From the human T2T-CHM13v2.0 reference genome, Homo sapiens, in assembly GCF_009914755.1 (NCBI RefSeq), contig NC_060933.1: DNA of 64,000 bases; one strand, 5' to 3'. A program made the position numbers and the translations under genes. The notes under the pieces are model-generated. The model worked only from the letters and a program-made list of their open reading frames with translations, did no database searches and was not told where the DNA came from. Shown here piece by piece: positions 50,833 through 64,000 of the stretch; positions within the stretch are counted from its first letter, which is position 1, and every line of letters starts with the position of its first letter.

Positions 50833-50877
50833 CAACGAGAGTGAAACTCCATTTCAAAAATAAAATAAAATAAAAAA
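50833..50877 (+). mobile_element. 3' tip of an Alu (~45 bp) embedded in a MIR
   Basis: CAACGAGAGTGAAACTCCATTTC plus A-rich tail. Confidence 0.75.
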
Positions 50878-51189
50878 GCGAGGAGGCTGTGGGCCTAGAT
50901 GATCTCTCAGCCCCTCCCAACTTTAACACTCTGATTAATTGCTGCATTTATTGAACTCCAGCTGTATGCAGGAGTGGTGTCTGGGAGATGGGAGGTGCTG
51001 ACCCCAACCCAGGAGGAAGAACCAACCTGAGCCTGCAGATTTCTATGTGGCCTGGGATGGCAGAATGGCCATGTAGGCTGCAGGAGAGCCTAGTACCAGG
51101 CCCAGCTGCCATCTGAAACGTGTCCTGCTGGTGGCACTTTGGCGTGGTTCAGGTGTTCTGGTCTTAGAGTCCATTTGGTTTGTACATGA

Positions 51190-51847
<658 letters not shown>

Positions 51848-52249
51848 AAGGTTCTGTTTTTTATTCAAGGCGTCTTAGGGCTTAGAGCTAAACTTGACCA
51901 TGTCATTCCACACATAAGCCCTTCCCTGGCTCCTCACTGACCTCAGATGACGGTTCATGCTGGGAGTGGCCTCAAGGCCTTCTGGGACCTGGCATGGGCC
52001 AAGCTCTCCCACCTGGGGCTTTCCTCCCCTTCCTCTCTCTCCTCCAGAAACACAGATTGAAACATGAGAACGTCTCTCTTCCCTCTAGAGCCTCACACTT
52101 GCTGCCTCCTCTGCCTGGAACTCTCTCCCTCTGCTCTCACAGGGTTCCCTAAGTGTCGCTTCCTCCAAGAAGCCCTCCCTGATGAGTTGAGCCACTTTAG
52201 TTTGTGCTCAGGCTCACCCTGCACGTCTTGGTTGCTCTCATCACTGTAA

Positions 52250-52366
52250 TGATCTAAAACACACGTCTGCTCATGAGACCCGCATCCCACCCCCGATGCT
52301 GGGGCCGCTCTTGGATTTTCATGCCTGCTGCCAGCACCCAGGGGGAGCTCCGGAAATGTCTGCTGG
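52250..52366 (+). ncRNA. LINC01503: Candidate upstream exon of LINC01503 (5' boundary uncertain)
   Basis: Strong donor TGG|GTGAGT at 52367; sequence recalled from LINC01503 (unverified); follows an L2 remnant. Confidence 0.5.
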
Positions 52367-53370
52367 GTGAGTCATGAACGCGCAACCTGTTGATCCAGGT
52401 TGGTAATCAGTGGCCGGGCCTGCCAGCAAATCACCTGACCCGGTCACCCAGAGGCTGGGAAGGACTGCCGCGGCTGCCGCCCAGATCCCTCCTTCCTCCC
52501 CCTGAAGGCTCTGCCTGGAAGGAGCGAAGGGGTTAAGTGTTTCTGGCGGCCTGGTGCTGTGTCTGCTGCAGTTCCCCCTTCCGGGGCTGCAGCAACCCGA
52601 GGTTGGCGAGGAATGTTTGCAATGCAGAGCTAGGAGGAGGGCGGGCTGCTAGAGGTGGGGGCCGAGGCAGGCCCGCGGCCAGGCTCCCTAGTTGAGCAAT
52701 GGCCCTGCTGGTTCCTGTAACTCGGACCCCTCCCGCCTTTTCCCGCCCTGCCGGCTTCCTCCACCCCGGCTGGGCTGCCTGCCGGGCAGTGGGGGCGGCC
52801 TGCACTCAGCTGCAGAGGGAGGTGGAGGGACAGAGGCCCAGATAGCCTGAAGGTCAAGAGTGAAAGAGAGGGGTTCCCTGAGAGACAGAGCAGGGGTGCA
52901 GTTGGCTCAGCCACCCCAGCCCAGAGAAGCGGGGCCTTTTCCAAAGTCACACAGCAAGACACCAGTGAATTGGGCCACAGCTCTGGGTCTGGCCTCTTTA
53001 GTTCCCATAACTCTAGGCTGCAACTCCCACACACAGCAGGGAGGTCACATTGCCACTCAGCTGGGAAGCTTTGAACCACAGGGGACCCTCTCCCAACAGA
53101 AGGCAAAGCCCCCCCACCCCAATGCACTGGCTTGGCCTCTTCACCTAATCCCCAGGGTCTCAGAGAGGACAGTGCACCCACTGGTCTAGGTGCACCCCTC
53201 CATCCTGCCATTAACTCCCCACCACTTCCCACTGCCCACTGCCCGGCCAGGTCTTGGGGACCTTGGTCACCTCTGTTCCTCGCTTCCGGGAGTATGAAGT
53301 AAATGAATGAAGGCCAAACTTGAGCTGGTTCTTGAAAACCCTCTCTCCCCTCTTCCTCTGGGTCTTTTCA

Positions 53371-53714
<344 letters not shown>

Positions 53715-54849
53715 TCACTTGGGCTCAGACGCAAAACTCAGCTCTTTCTCCACAAGCACCCCCCTCCTTTGGGGGGAAGCTGTGTTCCCTGACACTGTGG
53801 GATGAGCTCCTCCCTCTGCCGGCAGTATTTCCTCTCTGGGGGACCTCTGGGGAGGTGGCCTTGCAGTTGGGCACACCTGGCTTGCATCCCAGAGGCACCA
53901 CCTTCAAGCTTCCTGGCTTTGCCACACCTCTCTGAGCCTCGGTTTCCTTATCTGTGCCATGGAATTCAGAGAGGCCCCAGTCTCACTAGGCTGAGGCTCA
54001 GGGCCAGTTGCCTTTTCCTGGCCCCACAGATGTATGGTCAGTTTGGGGGTATGCCCCCATCCCTGCTCTGGGCTTTGCCTAAGACAGGCTGTGGGCAGCC
54101 CTCAGAGGCGCCAGTTTGGCCACACCTGGCTGGAATCAGCGGGTGGGTGGGAGCACACAGCAGGGACCCAGTGCCTTCTAGAACACAGCTAGCAGTTCCC
54201 GTGAAAATCAAAACACCCCATTTTACAGGTAAGGAGGCTCTGGGAGGAGTGGCTTGCCACACTATGCAGATATAAAGAGGGATATTCACCAAGAAAAACA
54301 TACCAATAACACCAAGGGCCCTCCTACACATTGTTCTACCACTATTTATTGAGCACTTACTACATGCCAGGCAATGAGCCAAGTGCTTTACAAGGCTGAC
54401 CTATTTCAATCCAACAACATACCGAAGAGGGAGGCATATTGATCCCCCTTTTACGGGAAACAGTGAGGTTGATGCATTTGCCCAAGATCACACAGCTCTT
54501 GGGGAGTGGAGCCTGACTTTGAATTTAGGCCGCCCGCCCCCAGAGCCTGTGTTCTTGGCCATCCTTCTTCGCACCTGGCTTAGAGACCCAGGCTCTGCAT
54601 AGAGGGGCCCAGTGATCTTGGGTTAGTCCCTTAAGCCCCAGCCTAGCAAAAGGGAAAGGAAATATCTTCAGCACCCAGTGAGGGGGAGCTCAGAGAGGGG
54701 ACCCCTTTTACTACAGGGCACACAGCCGGCTGAGCCAGGACCCACCACACTCAACTCCCCGGCCCCTGGCTCCCAGGAGGTGGCTCCTCCATGGCCGGGA
54801 AGGACCCCCACGGCTGCTCCCGCAGGCAGATGGACAGACGATGGCCCCC

Positions 54850-55510
54850 TCCCACGGCCTGCGGGCTGTGTGGCATCGCCACCTCCTCCCGAGCAGGCTG
54901 CCTTTAAGAAACCAGAAGATTGATTTCCTGGCAGGCTCTACGCCGAGGAGCCCGTCCAAATGGTTTGCATGTCTGCATTTTTTACTGCTCCGTTTAATAT
55001 GTATGCAAATGCCGGCCGGCTGCGCCCGCCGCGCGGCTGCACAGTCACACGCGGCGCCCCATTAAAGCGGCCGTCCCGGGCGCGCGCCTCATTCGAGGCG
55101 ACGGGCTCCGGGCCCTGATAGATGGGGTGCGGGGACGGAGACAAATGACGGCCTTTGTAATTTCTTTTCTCTCTTTTTCCGGGGGAGGGGGAACTCGCAG
55201 AGGAGATTTAAATATATGCAAAATTGTTTGCGGGCTGGGGGTGGGGCGGAAACCTGAAAGGGGCGGCGGGGGGAGGAGCCGGTGTGTTCCTGGTGGGAGT
55301 CGGGCTGGAGGCAGGAGGGGAGCCGGGCCCCCACAGTCACCTTCTGGCGGAGACAGCCGAGCGAGCCGCTCTGCTCCTGATAAGCAGGCCCGGTCCTCTG
55401 GGAAGCGTGGGCTTCAGCCGCAGAGAAAAGGAAAATGCTGGTTATTTTCGGCCCCGTTACACGCGGGAAGCCGGGGATGGTGGTTTTTCCCCCATCGCAC
55501 CACCGCTTTC
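54850..55510. promoter_or_regulatory. CpG island / LINC01503 promoter
   Basis: CpG-dense; octamer ATGCAAAT at 55003-10; GC boxes; candidate first-exon donor TTT|GTAATT at 55157. Confidence 0.8.
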
Positions 55511-56212
55511 TTTTCTTGGGCTTCCAGGGCTTATAACTTAATTGGTACGGTGTCATTTAAGTTTCGCATTAGCCCATGAAGTGGGTCCCGGGTTCACACC
55601 CATTGTGCAGATGGGGAAACTGAGGTTTGCGGGAGTGAAGTCCCTTGGGGAGGGTTGCAGAGAGAGTGGGTGGGGATTGGGTCCCTCCAGAGCCCTGTCT
55701 TTGATCCCCACGGCCCTCTGCTGTCTCTCTGGCTCTCAGCGGTGGGGTGTCCGCGTGCCTGCCTGTGCCCCAAATCTGCCCGGGCTCGCCCCATACCACG
55801 AGCCAGCCCCCTCCTCCTGCCTGCCCCCACGCGCGCCAGGTGACAGGCCCACAGCCCAGCGAGCTGGGGGACTGAGCCTCACATTTTCCAAATATTGCTT
55901 AAGCCTAAAATCCGAAGTGCTGGTTTTAAAGGAATCTTTCCTAATTTGTCAGGATTTTAGGCCACATGGCAGCTGGGGGCAGAAACATTTCTGAGAGGAG
56001 GCTCCAGCCTCAGGAGAGACCCACCGTGGAGCAGACCACTCAGACCCACCGGAGACCCAGAGTTACACACTGCTGTGTCCGTGTGTGCGCGCCTGTGTCC
56101 GTGTGTGCTTGGGTGTGTCGTGTCATTGTGAGTGTGCTGGTGTGTGTGCACCAGTGGGAGTAGGGGAGTGTATATTAGTGCATGTGTGAGTTTCAGTGTG
56201 TATGTGTTAGTG

Positions 56213-57064
<852 letters not shown>

Positions 57065-57679
57065 AGTGTGTACCTACGTGTCAGGGTGAGTATGGGGCTG
57101 TATGTACACACGTGTCACTGTGTACACGTGTCGGTGCGCATGTATGAATGTGTGTTGTCCTTGGCTGGCAGGCAGCTGGAGTGTGAATTTCCCTGAGGGT
57201 TTCCACTTCCCTGTGGTTCAGGCTGGGGCCGTCCCCGCTCTCCTGGCCCCAGAGCTGCCCCACTAGGCAGGGAAAGCCTCTGGAATGAGGGAACAGGATA
57301 TGGCTCCATGAGGCCCCCACAAGCCAGAGGCACCCCTGAGCTTTGCATAGATGGGAAGGACTTGGATTGCTGGGGCCGGGCTGGAGCCTGGGAATCCTGA
57401 GCCGGAAGTGAGGGGTGCACACAGCTGTCTAGAGAAGCCCTCTGCGTGTGCGTGTGTGTGTCCCTCCAGATCTGTGCATGTTGAGTCACTCGGGGAAGTG
57501 GCTCTCCTCATGTAAATGTCTTCAGGATGAAGGGAGGTCCTTCTGGTGTCTGGACTTGAGCTTCTCTGGGGGCAGAACCTGGGCTCTGGGGGCTGCTATT
57601 TGGGAATCACCCTCCTTGCCGCCCCCTGGGCCAGTGCCCTGAGGACACTGGAGGGGTCCTTGAGCCCTAGTGGGGGGTA

Positions 57680-59110
57680 GGGTGTGTGTGTGTGTGTGAG
57701 AGAGAGCCAGAGAGAGTGTCTGTGAGCAGGGGTGTATGTAAATGTGTGTGAGGATGTGTATATGTGCATTGGTGTGAGTTGTGTGTGTGAGGTTGTGTTG
57801 GGGTGAGGGTGTGGGCGTGTGAGTTGGTGTGAGGGTGTGTGAGTTGGTGTGTGTGAGTTGTGAGGTTGCGTTGGGAGTGAGGGTGTGTGCATGTGAGTTG
57901 GTGTGTGAGTTGTGTATATGTGAGGTTGTGTTGGGTGGGGGCAAGGGTGTGTGCATGGGTCTGTGAGTTGTGTATGAGGGAGGATGTGTGCATGGGAGTT
58001 GGTGTGTGTGAGGGTGTGTGAGGGTGTGTGTGAAAGTGTGTGGGTGTGAGTTGGTGTGTGTGTTGTATATGTGTGAGGTTGTGTTGGGGTGAGGGTGTGT
58101 GTGTGAGTTGGTGTGTGAGTTGTGTATGTGTAAGGGTGTGAGTGTGAGTTGGTGTGTATTTGAGTTAGTGTGTGTTGGTGTGCATGCGAGTTGGTGTGTG
58201 TGAGTTGGTGTGTGTTAGTGTGAGTTGTATATGTGTGAGTTGGTGTGTGTGTTGGTATGAGTTGTGTATGTGAGTTGGTGTGTGTTAGTGTGAGTTGTGT
58301 ATGTGTGAGTTGGTGTGTTGGTGTGAGTGACTTGTGTATGTGTGAGTTGGTATGCGTGTGAGTTGGTGTGTATGTGAGATGTGTGAGTTGGTGTGTATGC
58401 GAGTTGATGTGAGTTGTGTATGTGTGAGTTGGTGTGTATGAGTTGGTGTGTGAGTTGTGTATGTGTGAGTTGGTGTGTATGAGTTGGTGTGTGAGTTGTG
58501 TATGTGAGTTGGTGTGTATGAGTTGGTGTGAGTTGTGTATGTGTGAGTTGGTGTGTATGTGAGTTGGTGTGTAAGTGACTTGTGTATGTGTGTGTATTGG
58601 TGTACATGTGAGTTGAGTTGGTGTGTGAGTTGGCATGTGAGTTGGTGTGAATTATGTATGAGTTGGTGTGTGAATTGTGTATGTGTGAGTTGGTGTGTGA
58701 ATTGTGTATGTGTGAGTTGGTGTGCATGTGAGTTGGTGTGTGAGTTCGTGTGTGAGTTGGCATGTGAGTTGGCACATATGTGAGTTGGTGTGTGAGTTGT
58801 GTATGTGTGAGCGCATATGAGTTGTGTGAGTTGGCATGTGAGTTGGTGTGAGTTATGTATGTGTGAGTTGGTGTGTGAGTTGTGTATGTGTGAGTTGGTG
58901 TGCATGTGAGTTGGTGTGTGTGTGAGTCCGTGTGTGAGTTGGCATGTGAGTTGGCACATATGTGAGTTGGTGTGTGAGTTGTGTGTGTGTGTTGATGTGT
59001 ATGTGAGTTGCTGTGCGTGTGAGTTGTGTGCGTGTGAGTTGGTGTGTGAGTTGTGTATGTGTGAATTGGTGTGTGTGTGAGTTGTGTGTGTGTGAGGGAG
59101 GGTGTGTTTG
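57680..59110. repeat. ~1.4-kb complex TG-rich tandem repeat (core GTGTGAGTTG)
   Basis: Degenerate 10-16-bp units with higher-order blocks (e.g. ~58751-58800 repeated at ~58931-58982). Confidence 0.97.
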
Positions 59111-59921
59111 TGGACAGATGTGTGTGCGCCTGGATGTGCCGGACCGGTTGGGAGGGGCGGATGGACCGAGGCTCCGCGACAGGCATTTCCGAGCTCCCCT
59201 GGCAGATCTGGCTTAGGAGGAGCTGCAGGGACCAGCGCTGAGGGCCCTTCTGGCTGCCCTGGTCCGGGCCTTGGTGTCTTCCTGGTCTCATCTCTCTCTA
59301 GTCTCTGCAGTCCCCTGGGCTCTCCAGTCCCACAGGGGGCTCTCCCTTGGAAACCCGTGGGGAATGTCACCCGTGGGGAATGTCTCTGCCCACCCAAGCC
59401 TCCCCGGGGAACGGCAGACAGGATGGCCCCTCAGGCCGGCACCTCCCAGAACTCACGTCCCCACAGTGGCCCTGGGGTCCCCTCTGGCCTCACGCCCGCT
59501 CCTCTTCCTCTCTTTCAAGATTTGCCGGGTGCTGGGCCCCAGAAGCCAGCCCTCCTGACGTGTGGCGGCCGTCCTCACCGCTCCCTCCTTCCCTGCAGCA
59601 TTCCCCAGCCCCCGGCCCACCCTCCTCCCACCCGCTTCCTGACCCAGGCTCCCGGGCCTTCCCCTCGTGGCCACCTAGCTGTGTGCTTTGTTTGGCTGCT
59701 GTCACCCCCAGGAAGGTGATCCCCGTGAGAACTCAAATAGCAGATGCTCATCTGGGACCCCCGCCTCCAGCCCCAGGGGAGGTTTCCTGGTCCTCACTGT
59801 GGCCGGGGCATGGCTCCTTCACCCCGGGGCTCACCCTCGGTGTCCGTGAAGTCCAGCCGACGGTGACCCTAAGTCCTCCCTCCACTCGCCTATGTTTGGG
59901 GATAGCCCATCCTTCCTGCAG

Positions 59922-60213
59922 GCCTTTGTCTTGGTGTCACCCTGCCTGAGCTGGCCCCAACCACAGTAGCAACAGTGATGCTGATGTGTGACTGCTGCCA
60001 GGAGCCTGCTCACATGACCGTGTGGAGAAAGTTCTTTCCCTGAGGACCATCTGGAGTGGACGCGTGCACTACCCCTCTCTGAATACACCCTCCCCACGAG
60101 GCCCTCTGGAGCATCCTGTAGAGCCAGCCCCTACCCAGAGACCCTGAGCCCAGAGAATGCGCTGGGTGGTGAGCCTGGGGACGAATGCAGAGCCCTAGGT
60201 CTCCTCTCCAGAA
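59922..60213 (+). ncRNA. LINC01503: LINC01503 internal exon (alternative acceptor possible at 60002)
   Basis: Acceptor CCTTCCTGCAG| (59921) and perfect donor GAA|GTAAGT (60214). Confidence 0.65.
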
Positions 60214-60344
60214 GTAAGTATGGGGTTTGTGTAAATTGCTTGGTCAGGAGGGCGGGACCTGGGGTCTTCACTAGGCTTCCCAAAAACTGGGTTGAGCACA
60301 TAGTAGGTGCTCACTAAATAACTGTTGAAATAGATAAGCAAGGA

Positions 60345-60709
60345 GGCTGGGCGAGGTGGCTCACATCTGTAATCCCAGCACTCTGGGAGGCTGAGGCGGG
60401 CAGAGCACCTGAGGTCAGGAGTTCAGGACCAGCCTGGCCAACAGGTTTAGTGATGAAACCCCGTCTCTACTAAAAAAAAAAAAACCAAAAATTAGCTGGG
60501 CGCAGTGATGCACGCCTGTAACCCCAGCTGCTCAGGAGGCTGAGGCAGGAGAATCGCTTGAACTTGGGAGGCGGAGGTTGCGGTGAGCCAAAATCGTGAC
60601 ACTGCACTCCAGCTTGGGGGCAACAGAGCAAGACTTGTCTCAAAAAAAAAAAAATATATATATATATGTATATGTGTATATATACACACACACACACATA
60701 TATATATAT
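60345..60709 (+). mobile_element. AluS with (TA)n/(CA)n tail microsatellite
   Basis: Full Alu, then alternating purine-pyrimidine tract at 60654-60709. Confidence 0.93.
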
Positions 60710-60801
60710 GCAAGGGGATGGAAGGATGGACACAGGCATGGGTTTGGGCCACACAGTCTTGCTGGGCCTCCTGCCCATGGCCCTCCTGGGGTCCGGAACC
60801 T

Positions 60802-60976
60802 GGCAGAGGCTGAGGTTCCGGAGAAGTTGGGCCCCCAGCCTGTTCACTGGGGCACAGGTCACGCTGTAGACGCAGCCCCACTAGCTTGTTTAGGGGTCGA
60901 GGACTCCTACAACATCCCCGGGAGGGGGGTGGCACTGGGACCCTTATTTCCTCCTGTGGAAGCAGAACCAGGTGAC
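60802..60976 (+). repeat. 175-bp dispersed direct repeat, copy 1
   Basis: Aligns ungapped to 62298-62472 with 8 mismatches. Confidence 0.97.
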
Positions 60977-61519
60977 CCTCGCCCCCCGGCTGGCTGTGGT
61001 GCTGTGTGTCACCCGGCTGGGTCAGGCCCTGACGCCGAGCAGGGTTCACTGTGGCTCTTGAAGACCTTGTTGTTGGGGCTGAAACGCATCTGCACCTCCA
61101 CCTGGGTCCTCCGTCCCTCAGGGTGGGTGTTTATTCCCAAGCAAGGGGTCACCCAGAGAGCAGCCCAAAACCTCCCTTGAGTCCTGAGGAAGGGGCAGCC
61201 AGAGGCTGGGCTGGGAGGAGGCGTGGCAGGCGTTGGGAGCAGCTGCTCCAAGTGCAGTGACCATATTTTTCTGAGCTGAAAAATGAGGACACAGGATGTA
61301 GCTGAGGGCTTTCTCAGGTTGGTTCACTTAATGAAGGGGAAAAAACCTTCCAAAGGTATGAAAGTTAAAGCTTATTTAGTTATGTGGGGAATAGCTTGTT
61401 TTTGTGGAAGGAACCTGAGTTTCCAAAATCAGGGGTTTTCTGGAAAGGAATAATTCCATTTGGCTAATATTTGGGGGGCACCTGGACCAACCTTGTCTTT
61501 AGTGGGAAGCAAAGCAGGC

Positions 61520-62060
61520 ATGATCCTGGCCTCACAGAGTGACGTAGGGAGACGGACAGTATTCCAATAATTTCATGGTTCAGAGGTCTTTTAGGAGGTA
61601 ACTGATGAAGAGGGAGCGCAGGATGGGGTGGGGAAAGCACATTCCAGGCAGGGAACAGCATATGCAAAGGCCCTGTGGCTGGAGGGAGAGCTTCGCGTTT
61701 GAGGGACAGGAGGGCAGCCCCGAATGTGACGAGCGAGAGGGAGAGGAGGATGGAGATGTGGGCAGGGGTCAGTCTGGGCGGTGGCCAGCAGCCATGAGAG
61801 TGTGATGGGCTGTCTCTGGCAGGCAGTGGGGGAGCCATGGATGGTTGGACACAGGCGTGACCTGGTCATCCTGGTGGATGTTGATGGTGATGAGGAGAAG
61901 GATGGGGTTGAGAATCGTAGGAGGTACTGAGTTCTTACCGCGTGCCAAGCACCATTTCACAGATCGAAGTGAGGGCTGGGGAGGGGAAGTGACTTATCCA
62001 GGTCACACCACTGGCAAATGGCAGAAATGGGACTCAGACCGCATCTGTCTGGCCACACAG
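61520..62060 (-). mobile_element. L2 fragment (~61520-61860) and MIR fragment (~61920-62060)
   Basis: CATTCCAGGCAGGGAACAGCATATGCAAAGGCCCTG (L2); GAAGTGACTTATCCAGGTCACACC (MIR). Confidence 0.7.
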
Positions 62061-62297
62061 TCCGCACGCTCGTCCTGCATGTCCTGTACACACTGTACAC
62101 AGAGCTGCCCTTTGTCTGGATGCGGAAGCCAAGGGACATGCAGACGACCCTGTCACCTGCCTCCCTGTGGTGCTGACTCCTCTCTGCTCTGAGTTCCAGG
62201 CTGGGTGGGGACTGCAGGTCACAGGATTGGCCGGAGCTGGAAAAGCCCAGCTCAGTTCCTGCTGAGGCCCAGCAGGGGAAGGAGAGGTTGCAACATC

Positions 62298-62472
62298 GGC
62301 GGAGGCTGAGGTTCCGGAGAAGTTGGGCCCCCAGCCTGTTCACTGGGGCACAGGTCACACTGCAGACGCAGCCCCACTAGCTTGTTTGGGGCTCGAGGAC
62401 TCCCACAACATCCCCGGGAGGGGGGTGGCACCGGGACCCTCATTTCCTCCTGTGGAAGCAGAACCAGGTGAC
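62298..62472 (+). repeat. 175-bp dispersed direct repeat, copy 2
   Basis: Aligns to 60802-60976. Confidence 0.97.
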
Positions 62473-62517
62473 TGCACTGCTGTAGACCCACCAGCGGCAT
62501 TGAAAAAACCCTCACCA

Positions 62518-63600
<1,083 letters not shown>

Positions 63601-63649
63601 TTTTTATTCTCAGTTCTCTTATGTTATTGACAGCTGGCTTTCTTTTAAG

Positions 63650-63932
63650 TTTTTTTTCTTTTTTCTTTTTTGAGACAGTGTCTCACTCTGTCACTCAGGC
63701 TGAAGTGTTGTGGAACCACCACAGCTCACTGCAGCCTTGAACTCCTGGGCTCAAGCGATCCTCCCACCTCAGCCTCCGGAGTAGCTACCACATCCAGCTA
63801 GTTTTTTACTTTTTTGTGGACACACGGTCTCACTATGTTGCTCAGGCTGGTCTAGAACTCCTGGCCTCAAGCCATCCTCCTGTCTGGGCCTCCCAAAGCG
63901 TGGGATTACAGGCGTGAACCAACTCCCGGCCT
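63650..63932 (-). mobile_element. AluJ-like
   Basis: Antisense Alu. Confidence 0.9.
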
Positions 63933-64000
63933 TAAGTTAGTTGCTTTTGTAAGAAATAAAAATACCAGGCGGTAATTGGCATTAGAGCAGTCAAAAATCT

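Noticed and set aside
57522-59397. Long Thr/His-rich minus-strand ORFs (346, 358, 370 aa)
   Set aside because: Artefacts of the CA-rich repeat strand, which lacks stop codons; open in several frames at once.

Overview
Human (primate) genomic DNA: GC-rich, dense in Alu elements, with no canonical multi-exon protein-coding gene and nothing prokaryotic (no CRISPR, operon, tRNA or rRNA). From memory, not from a database search, I recognise it as the chr9q34.11 lncRNA region. It contains C9orf106/LINC02913 (CpG-island promoter at ~39.1 kb, 232-codon ORF at 39980-40678) and LINC01503 (+ strand, candidate exons at ~52.3, ~55.1, 56960-57085 and 59922/60002-60213, continuing past the window end). A further candidate spliced + strand ncRNA lies at ~0.6-3.9 kb. 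A large part of the window is transposon-derived: about 40 Alus, a multi-layer nested L1 block at ~9.7-24.5 kb, MER41/MLT/MST LTRs, MER1/MER5/MER53 hAT elements, and MIR/L2 fragments. The most notable non-routine signals are: (1) a 1.4-kb intronic TG-rich tandem repeat carrying about 60 copies of the 5' splice-site hexamer GTGAGT; (2) a 12-bp tandem array of nuclear-receptor sites ending in a perfect DR2; (3) a 175-bp dispersed duplication whose breakpoint sits in a perfect hairpin; (4) an antisense-exonised MER41 LTR; (5) dense POU/MEIS/MEF2 motif clusters at both lncRNA promoters. I found no new protein-based system. Repeat subfamily calls and boundaries are by eye and approximate.
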